The notes: generated from the letters alone by a model not told the origin. Numbered from the stretch's first letter, positions 1-9,984 are shown. The stretch is 64,000 bases of DNA from Alkalispirochaeta sp. (GCA_965242725.1 CBDESZ010000031.1:1-64000); one strand, 5' to 3'. Translations and numbers: made by a program.

Positions 1-95
1 TGATCGGCCATGGGCGCAATGTGGCGATAGAGGGAGTCCCGGGGATCGGCGTCAACGGTACGACGGTGATCATTGTGAAAAAAGGTGACTTTCAC
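1..95 (-). CDS. 5' end of probable (2Fe-2S)-binding small subunit (CoxS/XdhC-like); runs off window
   Basis: GTG at 95 preceded by GGAGGAA SD; reads MKVTFFHNDHRRTVDADPRDSLYRHI, typical of a CoxS N-terminus; starts 2 bp after the xdh-like stop. Confidence 0.6.
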   Translation of the reverse strand, partial: MKVTFFHNDHRRTVDADPRDSLYRHIAPMAD

Positions 96-97
96 CG

Positions 98-2051
98 CTA
101 TTCCTCCTGAAGCTGCCGCAGGATATTGCCGGGGTGAACGGGAAGGCTGTCCAGGTACAGACCCGTCGCCTGGGAGAGGGCGCTGACCAGGGCGGCAGGT
201 ATCGTATTGAAGGGAATCTCGCCGATCCCTACGGGACCGTCTTTCCGAATCTGGTTGAGAAAGACAATCCTTATCTGCGGGACCGCACCGCGAAAGGCGG
301 TGTTGTAGGAGCGTATCGTTTCCGGTTCCGTTACCAGTTCCGCGTCGACCAGACTTTCATGGAGCGTCCAGTTGAGGGCGTGGTAAATCCCTCGCCTCAA
401 CTCCGCCTCCGCCATTCCCCGGTCGAGAATTTTCCCGGCATAGATGACCATGGTCACCGTCCGGACGTCTATCTCCATGGAGACCGGATGGAGTACCGCC
501 TCCACCGCGACGGCGCCGATTGAACGCAACGCGTCTACGGGGTTTTTCATTCCTTTTCCCGGTCGAATCGTACGTTTCACCGTTATGGGCAGGGGCTCCC
601 TGAACCGTTGCTTCTGTATGGCCTGGCACGCGAGGAATATCGCCCGGGGAATGAGGGAAACACCCCGGGAGAAGAGCCGGGGTCCGCTGTCGTGCTGGTT
701 TGAGTCGTAGGTCGTATCGAGTGTTACCGCGTCGACGGCGATATCCAGCTCCTGTGCGACGATTTGCCGCCACGCGTGATGAAGACGATAGGTGGGAGTG
801 GGAATGCTGCAGAACACCTCCGCCGTACCGTCCTGGTTGAGTCGGACCGTGATTGAACCGGACTCCTGTCTCCCCGCCATGCCGGACTGCTGTTGTGCGG
901 CGGCAAAGCCGATTCCCCGCAACGACGATGAATCGAGGGAGAGGTGGGTTCTCCGTTTCTTTACCAGTTCATTGGCGCTGTATCGACGGGTGAAAGTCCG
1001 CCTCCCGGGCGAGGGTTGTAAAGATATCGTCCACGACGGGCCAGTCCCGTCGGATATGCTCTTTCCGCCAGAGGATGGGATCGTGTCCCGCGACCTCGGC
1101 GAGTCGATTATAGTGTACTTCCCGGGCAAACGAGAGCTGCGCCGAGCCGACACCCTCAAATGCGGCCATAGGGATGTCTGCGGTCCTCTTGAACTCCAGG
1201 CGATAGTCCGTAGGTACCGGACGGTATACCGACGATGCGGCGATGCGCATACGTGCCGCCATTTCCTTTTCAAAGGTAGCGTAAGCGCCGAGGTTTACGG
1301 CGACCGTGATGCCGTTGGAAAGAAGGGTTCCATCCTCGGCGAGACGGCTTGACCACACCACCCGGCCCGGTGCCCGACCGCCGGAAAGGAAGCTCTGGTC
1401 GTTTCTCAGTGCGATTCTCACCGGTGCGTCAAGCTGGACCGACAGAAAGGCGCACAGCGAAGTGAGAATCGCCGGAATGGTTATCGCCCCATCCCTGTTG
1501 CCCGACGGCGGACGGCAGTTTAAATGGACTGAACGAATCGGGACATCAAGAATCTGTGCGACCGACGCGCGGATATGGGCGGGCCATTGGCACGGCGCGG
1601 TCACGACGACTCCCTTGCCCGACGGTACCGCTTCCGCCCACAGCGGCGCGTCGGGGACGTGCAGTTGCAGCCCCGTCTGATAGATCCCTTCAACGATCTC
1701 TTCAGTTTCCGATGTATCGAAATCCAGGGCGGTGTTGTACCTGTCGGCGTCTTCGCCGTTTTCCGATACGATCGGTGTTGCAATCGTCTGTGGAATGGTG
1801 GCCGCAATTCCGTCGAGGGTCCGCCAGTCCTGACCGGTCACGACGCCTATGATCTGGCCCCGGTACGCCGCCACTTCCGGCATGACGACGATCTTCTCAA
1901 AGGGCTCCGGAAGGCAGCGATCCACACCGAAATCCATACCCGTAAAGAGACTCACCGAAGCGGGAAAGGAAGCCGGCGAGATGCGGCTGCGGTCGACGGT
2001 CGCGCCGGCATCCTCTGCATGGACGATTCGTGCATATACCGTGGTGTTCAT
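98..2051 (-). pseudogene. Xanthine dehydrogenase-family molybdopterin-binding subunit, divergent, split by a +1 frameshift near 990 (real lesion or sequencing error)
   Basis: ORF 969..2333 (probable start MNTTVY at 2051, ATGA overlap with DegT stop) joins ORF 98..1273 at GACTTTCACCCGT; a/b-hammerhead-like N-terminus, C-terminal GPVGIGE motif. Confidence 0.75.
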
Positions 2052-3241
2052 TCCGGCGTCCTTCGGATGACCGCTTCCCGCAATCGGGAAATGACGTACT
2101 CCTGCTGCGTTCGGGTCAGATCGGGATACAGCGGGAGACTCAGAATTTCCGCGGCAAGCCGGTCCGTATGGGGCAACGTCGCTATCTGTTCCGGGTATCG
2201 CTCGCTCCAGTAGCGCATATGGTGAAGGGGGATGTAGTGAACGGAAATACCGATATTCCCTTCCTGAAGTGAATTCGCAACGGCGTCGCGATCCACGGAT
2301 TTCCCCCGTAATCGGATGATGTAAAGGTGCCATGCGTGTCCGTCGGAGTGGAGGGGGAGGACCAGATCTCCCGCAGCCGCGAGGTCGGCCAACCCGTCGG
2401 TATACCGGTGGGCGATCGTGCGGCGGGCGGCGAGGAACGAGTCGGCCTTTCCCAGCTGAATCCGTCCCAGTGCGGCGGCGATATCGGTCATGTTATATTT
2501 GTAACCGGCGGCGACTATCTGGTAACGCCAACTGCCTGCCGGGTTGAGGTAGCGGTCCCACGCCTCGCGATCGATACCATGAAGTCGCATCGTCTTCACG
2601 CGCCCGGCTATCTCAGGATCGGAGGTGACGACCATGCCGCCTTCTCCGGTGGTTATCGTTTTGTTGGCATAAAAAGAAAATACGCCTACATCGCTCAGCG
2701 TACCGGCGTATCCTTCCGCCGTTGCGCTTGGAAATGCGTGAGCCGCGTCTTCTATAAGGGCAGCGTCATAACGGCGCGCGATCTCCCGGAACGCCTTCAT
2801 CGGTGCGACTTCTCCAGCCAGATGGACGACGATGATTGCGGAAATGCGGCGCCCATCTCTGATGACTTCAGCTGCCCGACGCTCGACGTCGGCGGGATCC
2901 ATGAGAAGACCCTCGGGCGACACATCCGCAAAGACGACCTCGGCTCCCAGATAACGGACAACTTCCGCAGTTGCGGTAAAGGTAAAACTTGGAACTATGA
3001 CGACGTCGCCGGGGCCGGTACCCGTCGCCTCAAGGGCGAGATGAAGGCCCGCGGTGGCGCTGCTTACCGCCAGTGCATGGGGAGCGCCCACATAGGCGGC
3101 AAAATCGGCTTCAAAGGCCGATGCGACCTTGCCGGTGGTAAGCCAACCGCTGCGCAGGACATCGCCGACGGCGTTGATTTCCTCTTCCCCGATTGAGGGG
3201 CGGGAAAAAGGAATGGATATCGTCTCAGTATTCCGGTTCAT
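2048..3241 (-). CDS. DegT/DnrJ/EryC1/StrS family PLP-dependent sugar aminotransferase
   Basis: SSATAGLHLAL, IEDAAHA, FSFYANKTITTGEGG motifs. Confidence 0.95.
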   Translation of the reverse strand: MNRNTETISIPFSRPSIGEEEINAVGDVLRSGWLTTGKVASAFEADFAAYVGAPHALAVSSATAGLHLALEATGTGPGDVVIVPSFTFTATAEVVRYLGAEVVFADVSPEGLLMDPADVERRAAEVIRDGRRISAIIVVHLAGEVAPMKAFREIARRYDAALIEDAAHAFPSATAEGYAGTLSDVGVFSFYANKTITTGEGGMVVTSDPEIAGRVKTMRLHGIDREAWDRYLNPAGSWRYQIVAAGYKYNMTDIAAALGRIQLGKADSFLAARRTIAHRYTDGLADLAAAGDLVLPLHSDGHAWHLYIIRLRGKSVDRDAVANSLQEGNIGISVHYIPLHHMRYWSERYPEQIATLPHTDRLAAEILSLPLYPDLTRTQQEYVISRLREAVIRRTPE

Positions 3242-4700
3242 TCACCTGCTCCCGAAGGTTGGGAAAAACCTCACGAAGTATCGATCGCAACCTCCAGCGG
3301 TTACGATACTCCGTCGATCGGGATTGGTCAAAGAAACAGACCGGAGCGAGGCGCTGAACCACTTCGTCGATGTCGTTGAGGAGTCTCTCCCGTTCACTCG
3401 CCGGATGAACACGAAAAATACGGTCCGAGACAAGCTCTCCCGCCGCTTCACCGACGTCAAAGAGCGTCTCATGCATCTTCTCACCCGGACGGAGTCCGAC
3501 CACCTCGATGGGGATGTCCGTTCCCGGCTCATACCCGTAAAAGCGTATCATCTGTTCCGCCAGGTCCCTGATATTGATGGGGTCACCCATGTCGAGAACG
3601 TAGAGGTGGCCCCCTGAGCCCGCACCGCCGGCCTGCAGGACGAGGGACACCGCTTCCGGAATGGTCATGAAAAAACGGCTTGCCCGGGGGTCGGTAATCG
3701 TGAGGGGGCCTCCCGTTTCTATTTGCCGACGGAAGAGGGGGAGAATGCTTCCCCGTGATCCGAGGACGTTGCCGAAACGTACAACCATGCCGGCGGTGGT
3801 ACCGTTGCCGGAACGCACTATATATTCCGCCAGCCGCTTGCTTGCGCCGTATACACTTCCCGGGGAGACCGCCTTGTCCGTTGAAACGAGCACAAGGCGC
3901 CCGACCTCCGCGGCTTCCGCCGCCTGGCGCAGATGAAGGGTGCCGAAAACGTTGTTCTGAATCGCCGCAACGGGATTTGCCTCCATCATCGGTACGTGCT
4001 TGTACGCAGCGGTATGAAAGATGACGTCCGCCTTCAGGCGCTTCAGTAGAAACTGGGTGTACTCCCGGTCGGTCAGTTCCCCGATGATGGGTATGATCGT
4101 CGCACTCTCGCCGACGCCCTCCTCCTGAAGCAGCCTCAGCTCGGCGTCTATCTCGTATATGCTGTTTTCTCCGTGTCCAAGAAGGTAGAGGCGCTCGGCG
4201 CCGCCATAGAGGAGTTGCCGGGCAAGTTCACTACCGATGCTGCCGCCGGCCCCGGTGATCAGTACCCGCTTGCCCCGCAGGTAGGTCAGCGCCTTTCGCA
4301 GATTGATATTGACCGGGGTTCGTCCAAGGAGGTCCTGAGGATCAATTTGGCGCGTCTGGATGAAGTGTGCTTCATCGCCGACAAGTTGTGAGATGGTGGG
4401 AAGGATTCGGATGCGGTCAAAATTGCCGCGCCGGAGAATCGTATAGAGACGGCGCAGGTCCTCGCGGGACGCCCGGGGAATTGCGATGAGCGCCTCATCA
4501 GCGGGTGTTTTTTCAACCAGGGAAACGATATCCTCGATCGGTCCGAGGACGGGTACGCCGTCTATGCTGGTGCCGATTTTTTCAGAGTCATCGTCGAGAA
4601 ATGCAACGACCGTCCCGACAACTCCCTTCTCCGCCAGTTCCCGGGCGATTCCCCGCCCCGCAAAACCCGCGCCGATCACGTAAATCCGGGGGTGACTCAT
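3225..4700 (-). CDS. CapD/PglF-like nucleotide-sugar 4,6-dehydratase (no N-terminal membrane domain)
   Basis: TGAGGSIGSEL, HTAAYKHVP, STDKAV, YGASK, VRFGNVLGSRGS motifs. Confidence 0.93.
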   Translation of the reverse strand: MSHPRIYVIGAGFAGRGIARELAEKGVVGTVVAFLDDDSEKIGTSIDGVPVLGPIEDIVSLVEKTPADEALIAIPRASREDLRRLYTILRRGNFDRIRILPTISQLVGDEAHFIQTRQIDPQDLLGRTPVNINLRKALTYLRGKRVLITGAGGSIGSELARQLLYGGAERLYLLGHGENSIYEIDAELRLLQEEGVGESATIIPIIGELTDREYTQFLLKRLKADVIFHTAAYKHVPMMEANPVAAIQNNVFGTLHLRQAAEAAEVGRLVLVSTDKAVSPGSVYGASKRLAEYIVRSGNGTTAGMVVRFGNVLGSRGSILPLFRRQIETGGPLTITDPRASRFFMTIPEAVSLVLQAGGAGSGGHLYVLDMGDPINIRDLAEQMIRFYGYEPGTDIPIEVVGLRPGEKMHETLFDVGEAAGELVSDRIFRVHPASERERLLNDIDEVVQRLAPVCFFDQSRSTEYRNRWRLRSILREVFPNLREQVNEPEY

Positions 4701-5272
4701 GCACTCTCCTTTGATGTAGGTCCGGATGATGCGGGGTTTGGTCCATGAGCGATTATCTCAAACCCCAGATCGATGAGGAATGCATCTTCATACATATCCA
4801 GCCGCACCTTTGCACGGCCCTTTCGCCGGTCCACCTTTACGATATTTCCTTCCAGGCCCTTCAACGGTCCCTCCTGAACGACGATGCGGTTGTTTTCATC
4901 AAAGGTGACCTTGGACTCGGTGACGATCTCTCCAAAGGAGAGGAAGTGGCGTACCAGTTCAAGGTCTTCCGGAGGCAGGGGACGAATATCGTTATTGTCC
5001 TTGAGAAATCGAACGAAGCCGGTAACCCGTCGAATCCGACGAAACAGGCTCTCCGTGACGTCGTCAGCTTCGAGAAACACGTAACCGGGAAACAACGGTG
5101 ACAGCGTCCGAAACCTGCGACCTTTCCGACGGATTGTCAGTTTACGCCGGGGCCACCAGAAACGGTAGTCTTCGTGCAGATCCGTGGCGTGCTGCAGGGC
5201 GTCCAGCGCAAGGGAGATAAAGCGTTGTTCCTCTCCGGTCATTACTTGTAGAACGAAAAATTCATGCGCCAT
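4697..5272 (-). CDS. NusG-paralog transcription antiterminator (LoaP/UpxY-like)
   Basis: NGN domain with PLFPGYVF and KOW motif VQEGPLKGLEG..VDRRKGRAKV; heads a sugar-biosynthesis operon; start MAHEFF at 5272. Confidence 0.85.
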   Translation of the reverse strand: MAHEFFVLQVMTGEEQRFISLALDALQHATDLHEDYRFWWPRRKLTIRRKGRRFRTLSPLFPGYVFLEADDVTESLFRRIRRVTGFVRFLKDNNDIRPLPPEDLELVRHFLSFGEIVTESKVTFDENNRIVVQEGPLKGLEGNIVKVDRRKGRAKVRLDMYEDAFLIDLGFEIIAHGPNPASSGPTSKESA

Positions 5273-5323
5273 CGGTATATATGCAAGAAAATAGCATGGT
5301 CTTCCGCCTTCTCGCAATCATCC

Positions 5324-5351
5324 TAAACGATTGCGCCCAAGGTGCCGATGT
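5324..5351 (+). promoter_or_regulatory. Putative sigma28 (FliA/SigD-type) promoter
   Basis: TAAA(5324-5327)-N16-GCCGATGT(5344-5351), 21 bp before ATG 5373. Confidence 0.55.
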
Positions 5352-5372
5352 TTGTATCAGAGGTGACATGAG

Positions 5373-6929
5373 ATGAGAATTCGGCAGAAATACGGCCTTA
5401 TTGCGATTCTGCTTTTAGCAATATCGAACTTCGTCGCGTTCGGGCAGAATCAGTGGGAAGGTACGGCCGTAGTCGGACGGTACGGGGAGTTTCCTCCGGG
5501 AGGGCTCTATGCGGCGTCAAACACCTTTCCGTTGAACTCCATGATTACCGTCACAAATACTCAAAACGGGAAGAGTGCCCGGTTGATCGTGGTACGAAAG
5601 ATCAATGATCCCGGCATATTCCTGCTTCTCTCGGAATCCGCCGCGTACGAACTCGATGTTACCTCCGGGATCGCCGCCAACGTGCGTGTGTCACCGGTCA
5701 ACCTGCCGGGACTCACCTCCGTTGATCCCAACCAGGATCTTCCCTTTCATCCCGATCCCGACGTGAACCCGGCCGCAAGCGTCGGTGATCCCAACGCCTC
5801 CATTATTCGCCCTCCCGATGAAACGCCCATCGCCGCCGCGCCCGGGCAGGACGCGCCGGTGGACCAGGCGGATGCTGCCGCGGAGACGGAGGAGGCGGGA
5901 GAATCCGGTACGGCAGAGGAAGCTGCATCCGTTGCGGACGTCCCGGAAGAGGAGCCTGAAGTCGCAGCGGAGTCGGCCACGCCCCGGGAGGATGAGACAA
6001 TTGCCGAAGGTCCCGCTGAAGTACCGGCCCGACCGGAGGTGCCGTTACCTCCCGTTTCCTCGGAGCCGGCGGGGACAGATTCGGTGACCCTCGTCATTCC
6101 ACCGGAACCGGAGGTAATGCCCGTCGGAGATGAAACGCCCTCCGATGGGGATGTCGTGGAAGGACCTCCCCTAACCGGGGAAGTTGCCTCGGCCCGACCG
6201 GACGAACCGGTCACCCCTCCGACGCCACCCAACCCGGTGAGAGTGGTCGTAGAACTGCCGACGGTCGATGAGGAGCCGGAACCGGAACGGCCGCTGCCGA
6301 CATATCGTCCCCAGGAAGTGGGACCGGGGGAAATTGCGCTTCCCCTGCAGCCTCTTTCCGATGCGGGAGAACCGATTCGGCCGTCCAAGGTGCCGGAGAA
6401 TGCAATTGTCACCCTTGAACCGGCGGAACCCCGCTATCCTGAACCGGACGAAACGCCGGAAGAAGACATAACGGCGGAAGAGCTCGCTTCAAGCGCGGCA
6501 CCGGCCGGCGAAGAAGAGGGCGAAGAAGAGGGCGAAGAAGAGACTGAAGCGGAAACAACGGCGGCGGTAGCGGCAGCCGAAGCGCCCGGGCAGCCGGCCC
6601 CGGCGGAAGAGGCGGACGACGCGGTTGAGGAGGGCGCACAACCCGAGGACGATCGCAGCTGGGCGCGGGCGAATCTGCCCCTCGTATCAACGCTCACCGC
6701 CGGATCGTCTTATGTACAGGTAGCGGCATTTACCAATCCCCGCAGCGCAAAGGCGACGGTCGACCGGCTGGGAATGACCTACCCTGTTGCGGTACTTCCG
6801 CAGGAAAGCGCGGAACGGGCGGTATACCGCATCTTTGTGGGGCCCCTGTCGGAAGATGAAAAAGGTTCAGCGTTGTACAACGTCCGTCGCCGCGGATTTC
6901 GCGACGCCTTTGTACGGGACCAGCGATAG
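5373..6929 (+). CDS. Secreted protein: RlpA-like DPBB domain, acidic Pro-rich linker, C-terminal SPOR domain
   Basis: Signal peptide; AASNTFPLNSMITVTNTQNGKS (RlpA-like); YVQVAAF..YRIFVGP..GFRDAF (SPOR). Confidence 0.8.
   Translation: MRIRQKYGLIAILLLAISNFVAFGQNQWEGTAVVGRYGEFPPGGLYAASNTFPLNSMITVTNTQNGKSARLIVVRKINDPGIFLLLSESAAYELDVTSGIAANVRVSPVNLPGLTSVDPNQDLPFHPDPDVNPAASVGDPNASIIRPPDETPIAAAPGQDAPVDQADAAAETEEAGESGTAEEAASVADVPEEEPEVAAESATPREDETIAEGPAEVPARPEVPLPPVSSEPAGTDSVTLVIPPEPEVMPVGDETPSDGDVVEGPPLTGEVASARPDEPVTPPTPPNPVRVVVELPTVDEEPEPERPLPTYRPQEVGPGEIALPLQPLSDAGEPIRPSKVPENAIVTLEPAEPRYPEPDETPEEDITAEELASSAAPAGEEEGEEEGEEETEAETTAAVAAAEAPGQPAPAEEADDAVEEGAQPEDDRSWARANLPLVSTLTAGSSYVQVAAFTNPRSAKATVDRLGMTYPVAVLPQESAERAVYRIFVGPLSEDEKGSALYNVRRRGFRDAFVRDQR
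6507..6542 (+). repeat. In-frame 12-bp tandem repeat x3 (GGCGAAGAAGAG), encoding GEEE x3
   Basis: Three perfect copies read directly. Confidence 0.9.
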
Positions 6930-6966
6930 GCCGGTCCCGTCTTGCACACCGTGAACGGACGGGTGA

Positions 6967-8877
6967 CTACTTGAAAAGCTCCGCAATTTCCCGTCGATAC
7001 TGATCGTATACGACGGAGCGTCGGATTTTCATAGTCTGTGTCAGTTCATTGCCTACTTCAAAGGGCTTCTTGAGTATGTGTATTCGGAATATCTGTTCAA
7101 AAGCCTTGAATCCGGTTTTGCCGTTAATGCGCTCCTGAATTTCCCGCTGGAGGTGATTCTTCACCTGCTCATCTTCGAGAAGTTCTTCCTGTTCGACGTA
7201 TTCGATTTGATTCTCACCCGCAAAGGCGACGAGCTGGTCCTGATTAGGGTAGACCAGCGCCGCCAGAAACTTCTGATCCTGTCCCACGACCATCACCTGG
7301 TCGATCGCGGCGGATTGAAGAATTGAATCCTCTATCGGTTGGGGCTCGATATTCTCACCTCCCAAGAGGACGATCGTCTCCTTGGAGCGGCCGACAATTC
7401 TCAGCTCGTTGTCGTGAGTATACAACACGAGGTCGCCGGTATTGAGCCAGCCCTCCGGTGAGAGCACTTCCCCGGTCTTTTCCGGATTCTTGTAGTAGCC
7501 GGCCATGACCTGTTCGCTCCGGACGTGGAGTTCACCTTTTTCGCCGGGGCCGCACTTCGATCCGTCCTCTGCGATAACGCGGAACTCCACATCCGGCAAA
7601 AGGGGCCCGACCGTACCCGGTACGGGCGATTTCTGTTTTCTGACGGCGAGGACCGGACCGGTCTCGGTGAGGCCGTATCCTTCGAGAACCCTGATTCCCG
7701 CGGCCTGGAAAAACTTATCCACGTACGGGGGCAGTGCACCGCCTCCGGAAACTCCCGCCACAAAACGTCCGCCAAGACGTTCCTTGAGGCTCTTGAAGAC
7801 GAGGACATTTCCAAGGAGTCGAAAGGGGGTGAGTATTATCAGCGGAATGACGGCGGCAGCGGCATCAACGAAGCGGGAACGTTTTTGAAACTGGGGCAAT
7901 CTTCCCGTAAAGGCGGTCGTCAGGTCACTGTGGATTTCTCCGACACCGACAAAAAAGTGAAAGAGTGCCTGCTTGACCGCGCTCTGTTTGCTCACATTCC
8001 GCAGCACCGCGCTGCGAATACCTTCCCAGATTCGCGGTACCGAGGTCATCCAGGTGGGACGGATCGCCGCCATATCGTCGAGCATCACCTTGCCGATGGG
8101 CTTGGAGTAGGCAAGGCTCGCTCCGTAGTTGAGACAAATGTATTCAACGGCCCGTTCAAAGGAATGCCAGATCGGGAGGACGGTCAGAAAAATATCGTCC
8201 GGAGTGAGAAAGAGGATTTTTTCGATGCGGTCCATTTGAAAGAGAAATGAACGGTGCTTCAACATCACCCCTTTGGGTTCACCGGTGGTGCCGGAGGTGT
8301 ACAGGAGCGTGGCAAGGTCATCGGCGCCTCCCCGGTCAACCTCCTGTTCAAATCGCGTCGCACCGTCGGCGCCCGCCGCACGTCCGGCTTCCCGCAATTC
8401 GTGGTAGCTGCGAATTGTGATTCCCTCTGCGGCGGGACGGTCGTTTTTGTCCGGATAATCCTCATAGAGAATGATTTCTTCCAGTTGCGGCAGGGCGCTC
8501 CTCCTGGAGAGAATCTTCGCGCACTGCGCGGGATCTTCCGCAAAGGTAATGCGACAATCGGCGTGGGCAAGGATAAAACCCATTTCGTCCGCCGTGGAAT
8601 CACTTCCCCGTGGAACGTCCGCCGCGCCGAGGCCAAGTATGGCCAGGTCGGTGAAGAGCCACTCCCTTCGGTTGTGACTCATGATACCGACGTGGTCGCC
8701 CCGCTTCACGCCCAGTTCCATGAGTGCCGCACCGATATACCCGACCTCTTCCCACATCTGCCCGAACGATGTCGGCTGAAAGACCCCTTCGGCGTCCTTT
8801 GTCCAGCTGAACGGGTGGGAGCGGTGCTGCTCCATCCGAAGGCGGATGCGCTTTGGAACCGTTTCTCCCTGAATCAT
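6967..8877 (-). CDS. Long-chain fatty acid-CoA ligase (AMP-dependent synthetase)
   Basis: YTSGTTGEPKG, EGYGLTET, GWLNTGD; start MIQG overlaps the fabZ stop (ATGA). Confidence 0.92.
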   Translation of the reverse strand: MIQGETVPKRIRLRMEQHRSHPFSWTKDAEGVFQPTSFGQMWEEVGYIGAALMELGVKRGDHVGIMSHNRREWLFTDLAILGLGAADVPRGSDSTADEMGFILAHADCRITFAEDPAQCAKILSRRSALPQLEEIILYEDYPDKNDRPAAEGITIRSYHELREAGRAAGADGATRFEQEVDRGGADDLATLLYTSGTTGEPKGVMLKHRSFLFQMDRIEKILFLTPDDIFLTVLPIWHSFERAVEYICLNYGASLAYSKPIGKVMLDDMAAIRPTWMTSVPRIWEGIRSAVLRNVSKQSAVKQALFHFFVGVGEIHSDLTTAFTGRLPQFQKRSRFVDAAAAVIPLIILTPFRLLGNVLVFKSLKERLGGRFVAGVSGGGALPPYVDKFFQAAGIRVLEGYGLTETGPVLAVRKQKSPVPGTVGPLLPDVEFRVIAEDGSKCGPGEKGELHVRSEQVMAGYYKNPEKTGEVLSPEGWLNTGDLVLYTHDNELRIVGRSKETIVLLGGENIEPQPIEDSILQSAAIDQVMVVGQDQKFLAALVYPNQDQLVAFAGENQIEYVEQEELLEDEQVKNHLQREIQERINGKTGFKAFEQIFRIHILKKPFEVGNELTQTMKIRRSVVYDQYRREIAELFK

Positions 8878-9293
8878 ACCGGTGCGTCTCCGACGAGGCA
8901 CATCCATTCCGCCTCGCAGGCGACTTCATCGCCGACCATGGCGGTACCACGCTGTTTGATCATGCGTGGCGAAATGCGAAGATTCTCTATCTCCATGCGA
9001 ACTGTTTCATCGGGACGGACCTGACGTCGGAACTTCACGGTGCTGATGGAAGCGAGAAAAAAGAGGGACTCTCCCAGAACACCCGAGGAGCGCACCCCTG
9101 CGCCGCCGCACTGTGCCATGCTCTCAACGAGTACAACACCGGGAACAACCGGATATTGGGGGAAATGTCCGGCAAAAAAGGGAAGGTCCGCATTGAAAGT
9201 CTTCTGCCCGACGATCCGTTTCTCAGTTACTTCCAGTAGTTCGTCAACAAAGAGAAATGGGTCTCGGTGTGGTAACAGCTCGGTTATTTTCAT
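8874..9293 (-). CDS. fabZ: 3-hydroxyacyl-ACP dehydratase
   Basis: LPHRDPFLFVD, GHFPQYPVVPGVVLVESMAQ. Confidence 0.93.
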   Translation of the reverse strand: MKITELLPHRDPFLFVDELLEVTEKRIVGQKTFNADLPFFAGHFPQYPVVPGVVLVESMAQCGGAGVRSSGVLGESLFFLASISTVKFRRQVRPDETVRMEIENLRISPRMIKQRGTAMVGDEVACEAEWMCLVGDAPV

Positions 9294-9299
9294 AGGGAC

Positions 9300-9328
9300 A
9301 TAATAAATGGTCTGCGTCTGGAGAGCAA
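9300..9328 (-). promoter_or_regulatory. Putative sigma70 promoter giving a leaderless fabZ mRNA
   Basis: TTGCTC-N17-TATTAT-N6-ATG; no SD. Confidence 0.55.
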
Positions 9329-9408
9329 GTTGTCGGTCCTTGACCGATTATTTGACTTTCACGAGAGCGGCGTGGTAGCTTCGTAGCGACGAAGAAGGAG
9401 CACGGTCC

Positions 9409-9984
9409 ATGACATTTGATGAAATAAAGAAGCTCATAAAGCAGTTTGACGATAGCTCGCTCAGCGAACTTGCATATGAGAGCGAAGAAGCGAGCCTTAC
9501 CCTCAAGAAAAGCGGCGATCCCCATCCGGTATACACCCAGCCGATCATGGTCCATCCCCAGACGGTGGCCCAGGGCATGCCCGTCGGCGGCGTACATCCC
9601 GGCGTAGCTGCCGCGGGTGCCGCCGGGGGGGACCTTTCGGCTCCGGCGGCCGGAAGCACCGCAACGGGAAACGCCGCAGCCGGTGCACCCGGAACCGCGG
9701 CGCAGGCCGGCGGGGCTGTATCCGGTGAGGAGGGGGATGCCGACGTTGAGGTCATCACCTCGCCGATTGTCGGTACCTTCTACCGGTCGCCTTCACCGGA
9801 TTCTCCACCCTTCTGTCAGGAAGGCGATGTGGTGGAAAAGGGAAAAAACATCTGCATCCTTGAAGCGATGAAGGTGATGAACGAGCTGGAAGCTGAGTTT
9901 TCAATGGAAATAGTCGCCTTTAAGGTCAATAACGGCGACATGGTGGAATACGGGACGCCCATTGTTGAGGTGCGCCGGGTATGA
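9409..9984 (+). CDS. accB: Acetyl-CoA carboxylase biotin carboxyl carrier protein
   Basis: [20 protein letters not shown] biotinyl-Lys motif; AAGGAG SD. Confidence 0.96.
   Translation: MTFDEIKKLIKQFDDSSLSELAYESEEASLTLKKSGDPHPVYTQPIMVHPQTVAQGMPVGGVHPGVAAAGAAGGDLSAPAAGSTATGNAAAGAPGTAAQAGGAVSGEEGDADVEVITSPIVGTFYRSPSPDSPPFCQEGDVVEKGKNICILEAMKVMNELEAEFSMEIVAFKVNNGDMVEYGTPIVEVRRV

Noticed and set aside
5273..5372. ops element or long LoaP-type leader
   Set aside because: No GGCGGTAG ops sequence seen, and the gap is only 100 bp shared with a divergent gene
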